From NCBI RefSeq assembly GCF_001457615.1, contig NZ_LN831024.1:1650001-1682000 (forward strand): a DNA stretch of 32,000 bases, written 5' to 3'. The DNA comes from Pseudomonas aeruginosa. Lineage in GTDB: Bacteria > Pseudomonadota > Gammaproteobacteria > Pseudomonadales > Pseudomonadaceae. Of the stretch, positions 9,626 through 18,060 are shown one piece after another. Below the pieces are notes generated by a model. The model ran no database searches. It was not told where the DNA came from and saw only the letters and a program-made list of their open reading frames with translations. Numbering within the stretch: position 1 is the first letter of the stretch; each line of letters opens with the position of its first letter. Made by a program: the position numbers and the translations under genes.

Positions 9626-10651
9626 ATGTTCGACATGATGGACGCGGCCCGGCTCGAGGGTCTCCACCTCGCCCAAGACCCGGCCACGGGACTCAAGGCC
9701 ATTATCGCCATCCACAGCACGCGACTCGGCCCGGCACTGGGTGGTTGTCGCTACCTGCCTTACCCCAACGACGAAGCCGCCATCGGCGACGCCATCCGCC
9801 TGGCCCAGGGCATGAGCTACAAGGCGGCCCTGGCCGGGCTGGAGCAGGGCGGCGGCAAGGCGGTGATCATCCGCCCGCCGCACCTGGACAATCGCGGCGC
9901 GCTGTTCGAGGCCTTCGGGCGCTTCATCGAAAGCCTCGGCGGACGCTACATCACTGCGGTGGACAGCGGTACCTCCAGCGCCGACATGGACTGCATCGCC
10001 CAGCAGACCCGCCACGTCACCAGCACCACCCAGGCCGGCGACCCCTCGCCGCATACCGCCCTCGGCGTGTTCGCCGGGATTCGCGCCAGCGCCCAGGCGC
10101 GCCTCGGCAGCGACGACCTGGAAGGCCTGCGGGTCGCGGTGCAGGGGCTCGGCCACGTCGGCTACGCATTGGCCGAGCAACTGGCGGCGGTCGGCGCCGA
10201 GCTGCTGGTCTGCGACCTCGATCCCGGCCGGGTGCAACTGGCCGTCGAGCAGCTCGGCGCCCATCCGCTGGCGCCGGAGGCATTGCTTTCCACCCCATGC
10301 GACATCCTCGCGCCCTGCGGGCTGGGCGGCGTGCTCACCAGCCAGAGCGTCAGCCAGTTGCGCTGCGCGGCGGTGGCCGGGGCGGCGAACAACCAGTTGG
10401 AGCGGCCGGAGGTCGCCGACGAGCTGGAGGCGCGCGGCATCCTCTATGCGCCGGACTACGTGATCAACTCCGGCGGCCTGATCTACGTCGCCCTCAAGCA
10501 CCGCGGCGCCGATCCGCACAGCATCACCGCGCACCTGGCGCGGATTCCCGCGCGGCTCACCGAGATCTATGCCCATGCCCAGGCCGACCACCAGTCGCCG
10601 GCGCGGATCGCCGACCGTCTGGCGGAACGGATTCTCTACGGCCCGCAGTGA
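9626..10651 (+). CDS. ldh: Leucine (Glu/Leu/Phe/Val) dehydrogenase
   Basis: Contains HLAQDPATGLKAIIAIHSTRLGPALGGCRYLPYPNDEAAIGDAIRLAQGMSYKAALAGLEQGGGKAVI and the Rossmann segment VAVQGLGHVGYALAEQL...YAPDYVINSGGLI. Confidence 0.92.
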   Translation: MFDMMDAARLEGLHLAQDPATGLKAIIAIHSTRLGPALGGCRYLPYPNDEAAIGDAIRLAQGMSYKAALAGLEQGGGKAVIIRPPHLDNRGALFEAFGRFIESLGGRYITAVDSGTSSADMDCIAQQTRHVTSTTQAGDPSPHTALGVFAGIRASAQARLGSDDLEGLRVAVQGLGHVGYALAEQLAAVGAELLVCDLDPGRVQLAVEQLGAHPLAPEALLSTPCDILAPCGLGGVLTSQSVSQLRCAAVAGAANNQLERPEVADELEARGILYAPDYVINSGGLIYVALKHRGADPHSITAHLARIPARLTEIYAHAQADHQSPARIADRLAERILYGPQ

Positions 10652-10791
10652 CGGGCCGGCGTTTCCGGCGAGGCCGCCAGCGGGCCTCGCCAGCGGCAGT
10701 GCGGGCCACCCCGCGGTGCCGCGCGTGCACGCCGCCACCCGCGGCGCGACCCTGAGCGGCACGCCTACCCGGCGTGCGGAGGAGGTTTGCG

Positions 10792-11888
10792 ATGGTTCAC
10801 AACCGGATCGACCCGCCTTTCACCCGCTACCTCGACAGCGACGGTCGGCCCCTCGGCGAGTTGCCCGCCTGGGCCGGCGACAGCGATGCGCTGGTCGGCC
10901 TCTACCGGCAGATGCTCCTGACCCGCCTGTTCGACCAGAAGGCGGTGGCCCTCCAGCGTACCGGGCGGATCGGCACCTATGCGCCAACCCTCGGCCAGGA
11001 AGCCATCGGCGTGGCCATCGGCAGCCAGATGCGCGCCGAGGACGTGCTGGTGCCGTATTACCGCGATACCGCCGTGCAATTGATGCGCGGCGTGCGCATG
11101 GAGGACATCCTCCTCTACTGGGGCGGCGACGAGCGCGGCAGCGACTACGCCGAACCGCTGGCGGCGCAGGACTTTCCCATCTGCGTGCCGATCGCCACCC
11201 AGGCCCTGCATGCCTGCGGGGTCGCCTCGGCGTTCCGCATCCGCGGCGAGCACCGGGTGGCGGTGACCACCTGCGGCGACGGCGCCACCAGCAAGGGCGA
11301 TTTCCTCGAGGCGCTGAACGTGGCGGGCGCCTGGCAGTTGCCGGTGCTCTTCGTGGTCAACAACAACCAGTGGGCGATCTCGGTGCCGCGGCGCATCCAG
11401 TGCGGCGCGCCGACCCTGGCGGAGAAGGCGGTGGGTGCCGGCTTCCCGGCGAACAGGTGGACGGCAACGACGTGCTGGCGGTCGCCGAACGCGTCCGCGC
11501 GGCCCTGGAGCGCGCGCGCCAGGGCAAGGGGCCGACCCTGCTGGAGTGCATCAGCTATCGCCTCTGCGACCACACCACGGCCGACGACGCCAGCCGCTAC
11601 CGTTCCGCCGAGGAGGTCAACCAGGCCTGGCGCGAGGAGCCGATCAAGCGCCTGCGCGCCTTCCTCGCCGGCCGCGGCCAGTGGGACGAGGAGCGCGAGC
11701 AGGCGCTGGTGGGCGAGTGCCAGGCGCGGGTGCAGGAGGCGGTGGAGCGTTTCGAGACGTTCGCCGCGCAGGCGCCGCAGGCACTGTTCGAGCATGTCTA
11801 CGCGCGCTGGCCGGCGGTCCTGGAGGAGCAGCGCGAGCAATTGCTGGAGCGCGCCGCGCGGCGGCAGGGAGGGGCCGAACATGAATGA
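10792..11888 (+). pseudogene. 2-oxo acid (pyruvate/branched-chain) dehydrogenase E1 component alpha subunit, frameshifted in this sequence
   Basis: Frame 1 reads MVHNRIDPPFTRYL...YYRDTAVQLMRG...TTCGDGATSKGDFLEALNVAGAWQLPVLFVVNNNQWAISVPRRIQ...EKAVGAGFP. The coherent continuation GEQVDGNDVLAVAERVRAALERARQGKGPTLLECISYRLCDHTTADDASRYR...GGAEHE* is in another frame. One missing C near 11445-11447 explains it. Confidence 0.85.
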
Positions 11889-12882
11889 GCGCAACGGCGA
11901 AGCGAAACGCCTGGCCCTTCTGGAGGCGGTCAACCTGGCGTTGCACCGGGCCATGGCCGAGGACGAGACGGTGGTGGTGCTGGGCGAAGACGTCGGGGTC
12001 AACGGCGGGGTGTTTCGCGCCACCCTCGGCCTGCGCGAGCGCTTCGGCTTCAAGCGGGTGCTGGATACGCCGCTGGCGGAGAACATGATCGCCGGACTGT
12101 CCATCGGCATGGCCGCCCAGGGCCTGAAGCCGGTGATGGAGATCCAGTTCATGGGCTTCATCTACGCCGCCATGGAGCAACTGGTGTCCCATGCCAGCCG
12201 CCTGCGCAATCGCACCCGCGGCCGCCTGGCCTGCCCGTTGGTGCTGCGCACGCCGATGGGCGCGGGGATCCGCGCGCCGGAGCACCACAGCGAGGCGACC
12301 GAGGCGATGTTCGCGCACATCCCCGGCGTCCGCGTGCTGGTGCCGTCGTCGCCGGCGCGGGCCTACGGCCTGCTCCTGGCGGCGATCGACGATCCCGATC
12401 CGGTGATCTTCCTCGAGCCGACCCGGCTCTACCGGATGAACCCGCAGCCGCTGGCGGACGACGCCCGGCGCCTGCCGCTGGACAGTTGCTTCACCCTTCG
12501 CGAAGGCGGCGACCTGACCCTGGTCAGCTGGGGCGCCAGCGTCCACGAGACCCAGCAGGCCGCCGAGCGCCTGGCGCAGCGCGGCATCGAGGCCGAAGTG
12601 ATCGACGTCGCCTGCCTCAAGCCGCTCGACCTCGACACCCTCGAAGCCTCGGTGCGCAAGACCGGTCGCTGCGTGATCGTCCATGAGGCGCCGAAGAGTG
12701 GCGGCCTCGGCGGGGAAATCGCCGCGAGCCTCTACGAGCGTGTCCTGTTCGACCTGCGGGCGCCGATCCAGCGGGTCGCCGCGGCCGATATCCCGCCGCC
12801 GCTGTACCGCCTGGAAGCGCTGTACATGCCCGCCGTGGAGGACATCCTGGCGGCCTGCGACACCGTGCTCGGCTACGCCTGA
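11881..12882 (+). CDS. 2-oxo acid dehydrogenase E1 component beta subunit
   Basis: MNERNGEAKRLALLEAVNLALHRAMAEDETVVVLGEDVGVNGGVFRATLGLRERFGFKRVLDTPLAENMIAGLSIGMAAQGLKPVMEIQFMGF. Its start overlaps the E1alpha stop by 8 nt. Confidence 0.92.
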   Translation: MNERNGEAKRLALLEAVNLALHRAMAEDETVVVLGEDVGVNGGVFRATLGLRERFGFKRVLDTPLAENMIAGLSIGMAAQGLKPVMEIQFMGFIYAAMEQLVSHASRLRNRTRGRLACPLVLRTPMGAGIRAPEHHSEATEAMFAHIPGVRVLVPSSPARAYGLLLAAIDDPDPVIFLEPTRLYRMNPQPLADDARRLPLDSCFTLREGGDLTLVSWGASVHETQQAAERLAQRGIEAEVIDVACLKPLDLDTLEASVRKTGRCVIVHEAPKSGGLGGEIAASLYERVLFDLRAPIQRVAAADIPPPLYRLEALYMPAVEDILAACDTVLGYA

Positions 12883-12899
12883 GCCAAGGGGAGACGACC

Positions 12900-14012
12900 A
12901 TGAAGCACTTCAAGCTGCCCGACCTGGGCGAGGGCCTGCAGGAAGCGGAAATCGTCGAATGGCACGTCAAGGCCGGCGACAGCGTGCGCGCCGACCAGCG
13001 CCTGGTCTCGGTGGAAACCGCCAAGGCGCTGGTGGACATCCCTGCGCCCTACGATGGGGTGGTGGGCAAGCTGTTCGGCGCCGAGGGCGACATCCTCCAC
13101 GTCGGCGAACCGCTGGTGGGCTTCGAGGGCGAGGAGGCGGACGCCGGTACCGTGGTGGGGCGCCTGGAGGGCGGCGGTAGCGCCCTGGAGGACCGTTTCT
13201 TCATCGGCGCCGCACCGTCCACCCGCGAACACCTGGCACCGCGCGCGACCCCGGCGGTGCGCCAGTTCGCCCGCCAGCAGGGCGTCGAACTGGCCGGCCT
13301 GAGCGGCTCCGGCCCGGATGGCCTGATCACCCGCGCCGACGTCGAGGCCGCCGCCCAGGGCGCCCGCGAACGCTTCGGCGGCGAGCGCTTGCGCGGGGTA
13401 CGGCGGAGCATGGCGCTGAACATGGCGCGCTCGCATGCCGAGGTGGTGCCGGTGACGATCTACGGCGACGCCGACCTGCATCGCTGGAAGACCGCACGCG
13501 ACCCGTTGATCCGCCTGGCCCAGGCGCTGGCCGAGGCCTGTCGCGCCGAGCCGACCCTCAACGCCTGGTTCGATGGCGCCTCGTTGTCGCTGAAACTGCA
13601 TGAGCGGCTCGACCTGGGAATCGCCGTGGACACCCCGGACGGCCTGTTCGTGCCGGTGCTGCGCGACGTCGGTGCGCGTTCGGCGGAGGACCTGCGCGCC
13701 GGTATGCGGCGCCTGCGCGAAGACGTCCAGGCACGCTCGATCCCGCCGGCGGAAATGCTCGGCGCGACCCTGACCCTATCCAACTTCGGCACCCTGTTCG
13801 GCCGCTACGCCAACCCCGTGGTGGTGCCGCCGCAGGTGGCCATCCTCGGCGCCGGCGGCATCCGCGACGAAGTAGTGGCCTGGCGCGGCGAGATGGCGAT
13901 CCACCCGATCCTGCCGCTCTCGCTGAGCTTCGATCACCGCGCGGCCACCGGTGGCGAGGCGGCGCGTTTCCTCAAGGTACTGGTGAACGCCCTGGAGCAG
14001 CCCGACGGCTGA
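12900..14012 (+). CDS. Dihydrolipoamide acyltransferase (E2) of 2-oxo acid dehydrogenase complex
   Basis: N-terminal lipoyl domain (MKHFKLPDLGEGLQEAEIVEWHVKAGDSVRADQRLVSVETAKALVDIPAP), peripheral-subunit-binding segment and catalytic end FDHRAATGGEAARFLK. Confidence 0.92.
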   Translation: MKHFKLPDLGEGLQEAEIVEWHVKAGDSVRADQRLVSVETAKALVDIPAPYDGVVGKLFGAEGDILHVGEPLVGFEGEEADAGTVVGRLEGGGSALEDRFFIGAAPSTREHLAPRATPAVRQFARQQGVELAGLSGSGPDGLITRADVEAAAQGARERFGGERLRGVRRSMALNMARSHAEVVPVTIYGDADLHRWKTARDPLIRLAQALAEACRAEPTLNAWFDGASLSLKLHERLDLGIAVDTPDGLFVPVLRDVGARSAEDLRAGMRRLREDVQARSIPPAEMLGATLTLSNFGTLFGRYANPVVVPPQVAILGAGGIRDEVVAWRGEMAIHPILPLSLSFDHRAATGGEAARFLKVLVNALEQPDG

Positions 14013-14411
14013 TCAGCGCCGGCGCTCCAGCCACCATGCCAGCAGCGCGCCGAGGGCATAGGCGAGCAGGTCGAAGCCGTCGGCGGTGCTGCCGAGAACG
14101 ATGCGCAGCACGGGGCTGGAGAATTGCCAATGCAGTTGCGCCGCCAGGTACTGGCCCAGTTCCAGCAGCGCGCCGACGGCAAAGGCGGCGGATGCCAGCC
14201 AGGCGGCCGGCGCCCTGAGCGCGCTGCCCATCAGGTAGTAGAGCCAGACCACCGCCAGCAGGTCGCCGCCGAAGCTGCGTATCCAGCCCCAATGCCGGCC
14301 CAGGGTGGCGAGCAGGACCAGCACGCCGAACAGCAGCAGTGCCAGCAGCAGGCTGCGCCGGTCCAGGCGCCAGCGTCGGGAGCGGACGGGGGAGGCGGGG
14401 AGAGCGGGCAT
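14013..14411 (-). CDS. DUF2809-like small membrane protein
   Basis: MPALPASPVRSRRWRLDRRSLLLALLLFGVLVLLATLGRHWGWIRSFGGDLLAVVWLYYLMG...GALLELGQYL...VLGSTADGFDLLAYALGALLAWWLERRR; multiple TM segments and the DUF2809 pattern. Tail-to-tail with the E2 gene. Confidence 0.75.
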   Translation of the reverse strand: MPALPASPVRSRRWRLDRRSLLLALLLFGVLVLLATLGRHWGWIRSFGGDLLAVVWLYYLMGSALRAPAAWLASAAFAVGALLELGQYLAAQLHWQFSSPVLRIVLGSTADGFDLLAYALGALLAWWLERRR

Positions 14412-14504
14412 GGGACCTTCCTGGTCGATGGGGGTGCCGGGCGTTGTACGGCAAGCGCCGGTTTCCGGCAAGCCGGGCGCGGGTCGGACAAGCGCCGCGC
14501 GGAC

Positions 14505-15089
14505 TCAGCGGCGTCGCAGGCTGGCGAGCAGTTGTTCGACGAAGGCGTCGCTGCCGGAGCTGTCGAGGTAGTGCACTTGGGGACCGTCGAGCAGGTAGAG
14601 CGCGTGGTAGGGCTTGCCGGCCTGGCTGCCGCGCAGGCGATAGACCTCGGTGCCGGCTACGCGGTAGCGGCTGGCGCTGGCGCGCCGGTCGCACAGGCCG
14701 AGGGCCTGGCGCTGCGCCTGGAGACGCTCGCGCTCGGCGTCGGGCAGGCCGTCCAGCGGCAGGGCTCCGAACAGCAGGCGAACCTGTCGCGGGAGGTCGA
14801 GCCGTTCGCCCTCGTCCGCGCCCATCTCGTTGCCTTCGAGCAGGCGGTGGGCGAGGTAGTGACCCTCGGCGTAGCGGGCGATCAGCAGGTCGCCGCTGTG
14901 CAGCAGGGTGGCGGGGGCCCGTTGCAGGTCGAGTTGCAGCCTGCCGGCGCCGCCCAGGGCCAGGACCTGCGCGGCGCCGGCAGAGGCTGCCGGTGTCTCG
15001 GCGTCCGTGGCCCGGAACGGGCAGGCGAGGGCAGGGGCACCGGCGAGGCCGAGGAGGACGCACAGCAGGCCGGCAAGTTGTCGCGGCAT
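14505..15089 (-). CDS. Hypothetical exported protein
   Basis: MPRQLAGLLCVLLGLAGAPALACPFRATDAETP... has a signal peptide. The product sequence is coherent, unlike the opposite-strand ORFs. Confidence 0.7.
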   Translation of the reverse strand: MPRQLAGLLCVLLGLAGAPALACPFRATDAETPAASAGAAQVLALGGAGRLQLDLQRAPATLLHSGDLLIARYAEGHYLAHRLLEGNEMGADEGERLDLPRQVRLLFGALPLDGLPDAERERLQAQRQALGLCDRRASASRYRVAGTEVYRLRGSQAGKPYHALYLLDGPQVHYLDSSGSDAFVEQLLASLRRR

Positions 15090-15124
15090 GTTTCGGCTCC
15101 TTGCGCTTTGCTTGCAGCGGCGGC

Positions 15125-15391
15125 TCATTCGTCCGCGGCGTTTTCCTCGAACAGTTCGTTGAGGGCGTCCGGCTGGTTCTTGAAGGCGCGGGCGAAGGCG
15201 TCGCGGTTCTTCGCCATGAAGATGCCGAGTTCTTCCACCTGTTCCTCCTTCAGCGACGGCACCGCCTTCTGCAGCACCTCGGCCAGCGTTTCCGCCAGCT
15301 CCAGCATCTTGTCGTAACGATCGGCTTCAGCCTTGTCCATGAACAAACGCTCCTGATCCCGGCTGCTGCGGTACACCACTTCGACGGCCAT
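15125..15391 (-). CDS. yebG: YebG family SOS-inducible protein
   Basis: MAVEVVYRSSRDQERLFMDKAEADRYDKMLELAETLAEVLQKAVPSLKEEQVEELGIFMAKNRDAFARAFKNQ... matches YebG. A LexA box lies upstream. Confidence 0.9.
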   Translation of the reverse strand: MAVEVVYRSSRDQERLFMDKAEADRYDKMLELAETLAEVLQKAVPSLKEEQVEELGIFMAKNRDAFARAFKNQPDALNELFEENAADE

Positions 15392-15431
15392 TCATCACCT
15401 CTGTGCCTTCTGAGTCGCAAGGTTGCTTTGA

Positions 15432-15447
15432 CTGGTTATCCATACAG
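15432..15447 (-). promoter_or_regulatory. LexA (SOS) box upstream of yebG
   Basis: Minus strand reads CTG-TATGGATAAC-CAG (CTG-N10-CAG) within ccatatactgtatggataaccagt, about 41-56 bp upstream of the yebG start. Confidence 0.85.
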
Positions 15448-15600
15448 TATATGGCGTCTTGCCGTCCGTGGATAGCGCCAGGATTGCCGGCGCATTGCCA
15501 GGGCGGTCGTCGTCTGACAGAAATGTCACGCCGGGCTCATGAGCCTGACAGTCTCCGCAGCGTAGTTTCAGGCTGAACGTTCTACCAAGGAGACATCCTC

Positions 15601-15870
15601 ATGAGAGTGATCCCGTTGGCACTTGTCGCGCTGCTCGGCCTGGCGCCGCTGGCCCAGGCGCAGCAGCAGCCCTACGGACCCAACCCGGACTCGAAATCGC
15701 TCCGCCAGCACTACGTGGAAGGGCGCCTGGACATCGCCCGGGTGATCTACAAGACCGACCTGTGGAGCGCCTGTGGGATCGTCCCGGCGCGCCTGGTCTA
15801 CGAGGACTCGCAGGGCGAGCGGCATACCGTCGAGTACAAGGCCTGGGGCAGCGGCTGCAGCGGCAATTGA
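15601..15870 (+). CDS. Small exported DUF2790-like protein
   Basis: 89 aa: MRVIPLALVALLGLAPLAQAQQQPYGPN...HYVEGRLDIARVIYKTDLWSACGIVPARLVYEDSQGERHTVEYKAWGSGCSGN. Signal peptide plus two-cysteine DUF2790-like pattern; AAGGAG lies upstream. Confidence 0.75.
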   Translation: MRVIPLALVALLGLAPLAQAQQQPYGPNPDSKSLRQHYVEGRLDIARVIYKTDLWSACGIVPARLVYEDSQGERHTVEYKAWGSGCSGN

Positions 15871-15873
15871 GCG

Positions 15874-15907
15874 AACCCGGCGCGGCACGGGCCGCGCCGG
15901 GTTTTCC
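15874..15907 (+). terminator. Rho-independent terminator
   Basis: Perfect 13-bp stem aacccggcgcggc-acgg-gccgcgccgggtt followed by ttcc, immediately after the stop codon at 15870. Confidence 0.85.
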
Positions 15908-15989
15908 TCGGCTCCCGCGCTTCTGCTAAGGTTGCGCGCCTGCCGCCCGTTGCGCGGCGCATACCTTCCGCCCCGCAAGGATGCCCGGC

Positions 15990-16208
15990 ATGCAAGACTT
16001 CGGTTTCGCCCTTCTGCTCATCGGCTACGTCTGGTCCGTGGCCAGCGGCGGTCGCCGTTCGATCCCCTGCGCATTGCTCTGCCTGCTGCTGTTTCCGCTG
16101 GCGCAACTGGCCTTCGCCATCAACGACGCGCCGATGCGCCCGCCGCTGGCGCTGGCGGCCCTTGGCGCGGGCCTGGCCTACCTCGGCGGCGGCTCGGTGT
16201 TCGGCTGA
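15990..16208 (+). CDS. Small hydrophobic membrane protein
   Basis: MQDFGFALLLIGYVWSVASGGRRSIPCALLCLLLFPLAQLAFAIND... AAGG is suitably spaced before the ATG at 15990; an alternative start lies at 15981. Confidence 0.6.
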   Translation: MQDFGFALLLIGYVWSVASGGRRSIPCALLCLLLFPLAQLAFAINDAPMRPPLALAALGAGLAYLGGGSVFG

Positions 16209-16228
16209 GCCCGGCATCTCACAAGAAT

Positions 16229-16247
16229 ACGATTGAAAATCATTATC
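16229..16247. promoter_or_regulatory. Fur box upstream of hasI
   Basis: acgattgaaaatcattatc matches GATAATGATAATCATTATC at 14/19 positions, including the complete right half. Confidence 0.75.
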
Positions 16248-16284
16248 ATAAAAAATATGCTGCTGTCCTTCTGAAAGGACGTGG

Positions 16285-16800
16285 GTGGATGCGCCGTTGG
16301 CGGAGCAGGATCTCAAGGCACTGTTTCTCAGGCATGCCCGGCAGTTGCAGTCGTATCTGTTGCGCAAGACCCGCGATCCGCACCTGGCGGCGGACCTTGC
16401 GCAGGAGAGCTTCCTGCGCCTGACCGAGCAGCGGCACAAGGAGCCGATCGAGCATGTCGACGCCTATCTCTACCGCACCGCGCACAACCTCACCATCGAC
16501 CATTACCGGCAGGAACGGCGGCGCCGCACCGAGACCCGGCCCAACGACGACCTCGCCGGGTTCGTCGCCGACCAGCCCGGCCCCGAGGAGTCCGCGGTGG
16601 ATGCCGATGCGCTTGCCCGCCTGCGCGAGATAGTCGCCGAACTGCCGCCGCGCACCCGTGAGATCTTCCGTCTCAACCGTCTGGAAGGGCTGACCCATGC
16701 CGAGGTGGCGAGACGCCTGGAAATCTCCGATAGCTCGGTGCAGAAGCACCTGGCCCGCGCCCTGGCCCATGTGATGCAGGCACTCGAGGATTCCCGCTGA
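16285..16800 (+). CDS. hasI: ECF sigma factor HasI (RNA polymerase sigma-70 family)
   Basis: 171 aa with sigma70 region 2 (LRKTRDPHLAADLAQESFLRL...VDAYLYRTAHNLTIDHYRQERRRR) and region 4 (LPPRTREIFRLNRLEGLTHAEVARRLEISDSSVQKHLARAL). GTG start; adjacent to the FecR-like gene and hasR. Confidence 0.9.
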   Translation: MDAPLAEQDLKALFLRHARQLQSYLLRKTRDPHLAADLAQESFLRLTEQRHKEPIEHVDAYLYRTAHNLTIDHYRQERRRRTETRPNDDLAGFVADQPGPEESAVDADALARLREIVAELPPRTREIFRLNRLEGLTHAEVARRLEISDSSVQKHLARALAHVMQALEDSR

Positions 16801-16864
16801 ATGGATTACCGAGTCTTGCCGGTTCGCGCGTCTGAACCTCTATAACGACCAACGAGAGCCGCAC

Positions 16865-17851
16865 GTGAACAGCCCCCAGGAACAACAGCAGATCCGCCAG
16901 CAGGCCGCCGAATGGGCGATCCGCCTGGACGGCGGCGACCTCGACCGGTCCCGGCGCGAAGCGCTGGACGGCTGGCTGGCGGCTGACCCCCGGCACCCGG
17001 CCGCGCTGGCGCTGGCGCAACGGACCTGGAAACAGCTGGGATCGCTGGCCGAACCGCGGACGATGGTTCAGACGCCGGTCGCCAGCGCGCCGCGCCGCGC
17101 CGGGGGGCGGCGCAAGGGGTGGCGCGGCTGGGCCGCGGCGGCGGCGGTGCTGCTGGCCCTGGGCAGCGCCTGGAGCGAACGCGACGCCGGCGTGAGCTGG
17201 CTGGCCGACCACGCCACCGGCAAGGGCGAGGTACGCATCCTGCGGCTGGTGGATGGCAGCGAGGTCGAGCTGGACGCACAGAGTGCCATCGATGTCGCCT
17301 ACGACAGCCGCGAGCGACGGGTGCGCCTGCTCGAAGGCAGCGCGATCTTCCGCGCCGCCCCGCGTGCGGGGCGGGAGACACGGCCCTTCGTGGTGGAAAG
17401 CGCCGGCGGCAGCACTCGCGCGCTGGGTACTCGGTTCCTGGTCAGCCGCAACGAGGACGGCAGCGTCCAGGTCGGGGTGCTCGAACACCGCGTCGCGGTG
17501 GCCCTGGCGCATCCGCGCACGGGGACCGTCGGGCGCCGCGAGCTGGGCGAGGGCGAGAGCCTGCGCTACAGCGCGGAGGGCGGCGTCGAGGCGCCGCTGG
17601 GCGGTCGCCTCGACGACCTGACCAGTTGGCGGCGCGGCCTGCTGGTCTTCGACGAGCAGCCGCTGGGCGAGGTGGTGGCGCGCCTCAATCGCTACCGGCC
17701 GGGGCATTTGCTGGTGGCTCCCGGTGCGTTGGCGCAGCGGCGGGTCAGCGGGGTATTCCGGGTCGCCGACCTGGAGGCCTCGTTGCAGTCGATCAGCGAT
17801 GAGCTGGGAGTGCGCAGCCTGAGCCTGGCGGGAGTGACGCTGCTGTACTGA
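16865..17851 (+). CDS. hasS: FecR-family anti-sigma factor HasS
   Basis: MNSPQEQQQIRQQAAEWAIRLDGGDLDRSRREALDGWLAADPRHPAAL...GEVRILRLVDGSEVELDAQSAIDVAYDSRERRVRLLEGSAIFRA; a FecR/FpvR-like architecture directly after hasI. Confidence 0.9.
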   Translation: MNSPQEQQQIRQQAAEWAIRLDGGDLDRSRREALDGWLAADPRHPAALALAQRTWKQLGSLAEPRTMVQTPVASAPRRAGGRRKGWRGWAAAAAVLLALGSAWSERDAGVSWLADHATGKGEVRILRLVDGSEVELDAQSAIDVAYDSRERRVRLLEGSAIFRAAPRAGRETRPFVVESAGGSTRALGTRFLVSRNEDGSVQVGVLEHRVAVALAHPRTGTVGRRELGEGESLRYSAEGGVEAPLGGRLDDLTSWRRGLLVFDEQPLGEVVARLNRYRPGHLLVAPGALAQRRVSGVFRVADLEASLQSISDELGVRSLSLAGVTLLY

Positions 17852-18015
17852 GCGGCGCGATCGCTTCCGAGAGCCTCGACCACGGTCCGGGCAGTCGTCC
17901 CGTGCGCTTGTTCCGGCAGGGGCCGGGAAGCGCATTCTCGAGCCGCCGTTCCCGCCGGAGAAAAAATTTCTCGATTTCCGTTACTGACTTTCCCTGCCTC
18001 CATCGTTCTCTTAAC

Positions 18016-18033
18016 GAGACTGATTCTTATTAC
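18016..18033 (-). promoter_or_regulatory. Possible Fur box upstream of hasR
   Basis: Reverse complement gtaataagaatcagtctc partially matches the Fur consensus and lies 28-45 bp before the hasR ATG. Confidence 0.4.
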
Positions 18034-18060
18034 ACAAAACGATGGAGTGTAGGCGCTGTC

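Noticed and set aside
10774-12882. A natural E1alpha-E1beta fusion protein
   Set aside because: The middle part (ANRWTATTCWRSPNASARPWSARARARG...) is nonsense, and the genuine E1alpha C-terminus is intact in the neighbouring frame. A single-base shift explains the fusion.
16257-16274. Five-codon upstream ORF (atg ctg ctg tcc ttc tga, MLLSF) before hasI
   Set aside because: No clear ribosome-binding site, and too short to support as a leader peptide from sequence alone.
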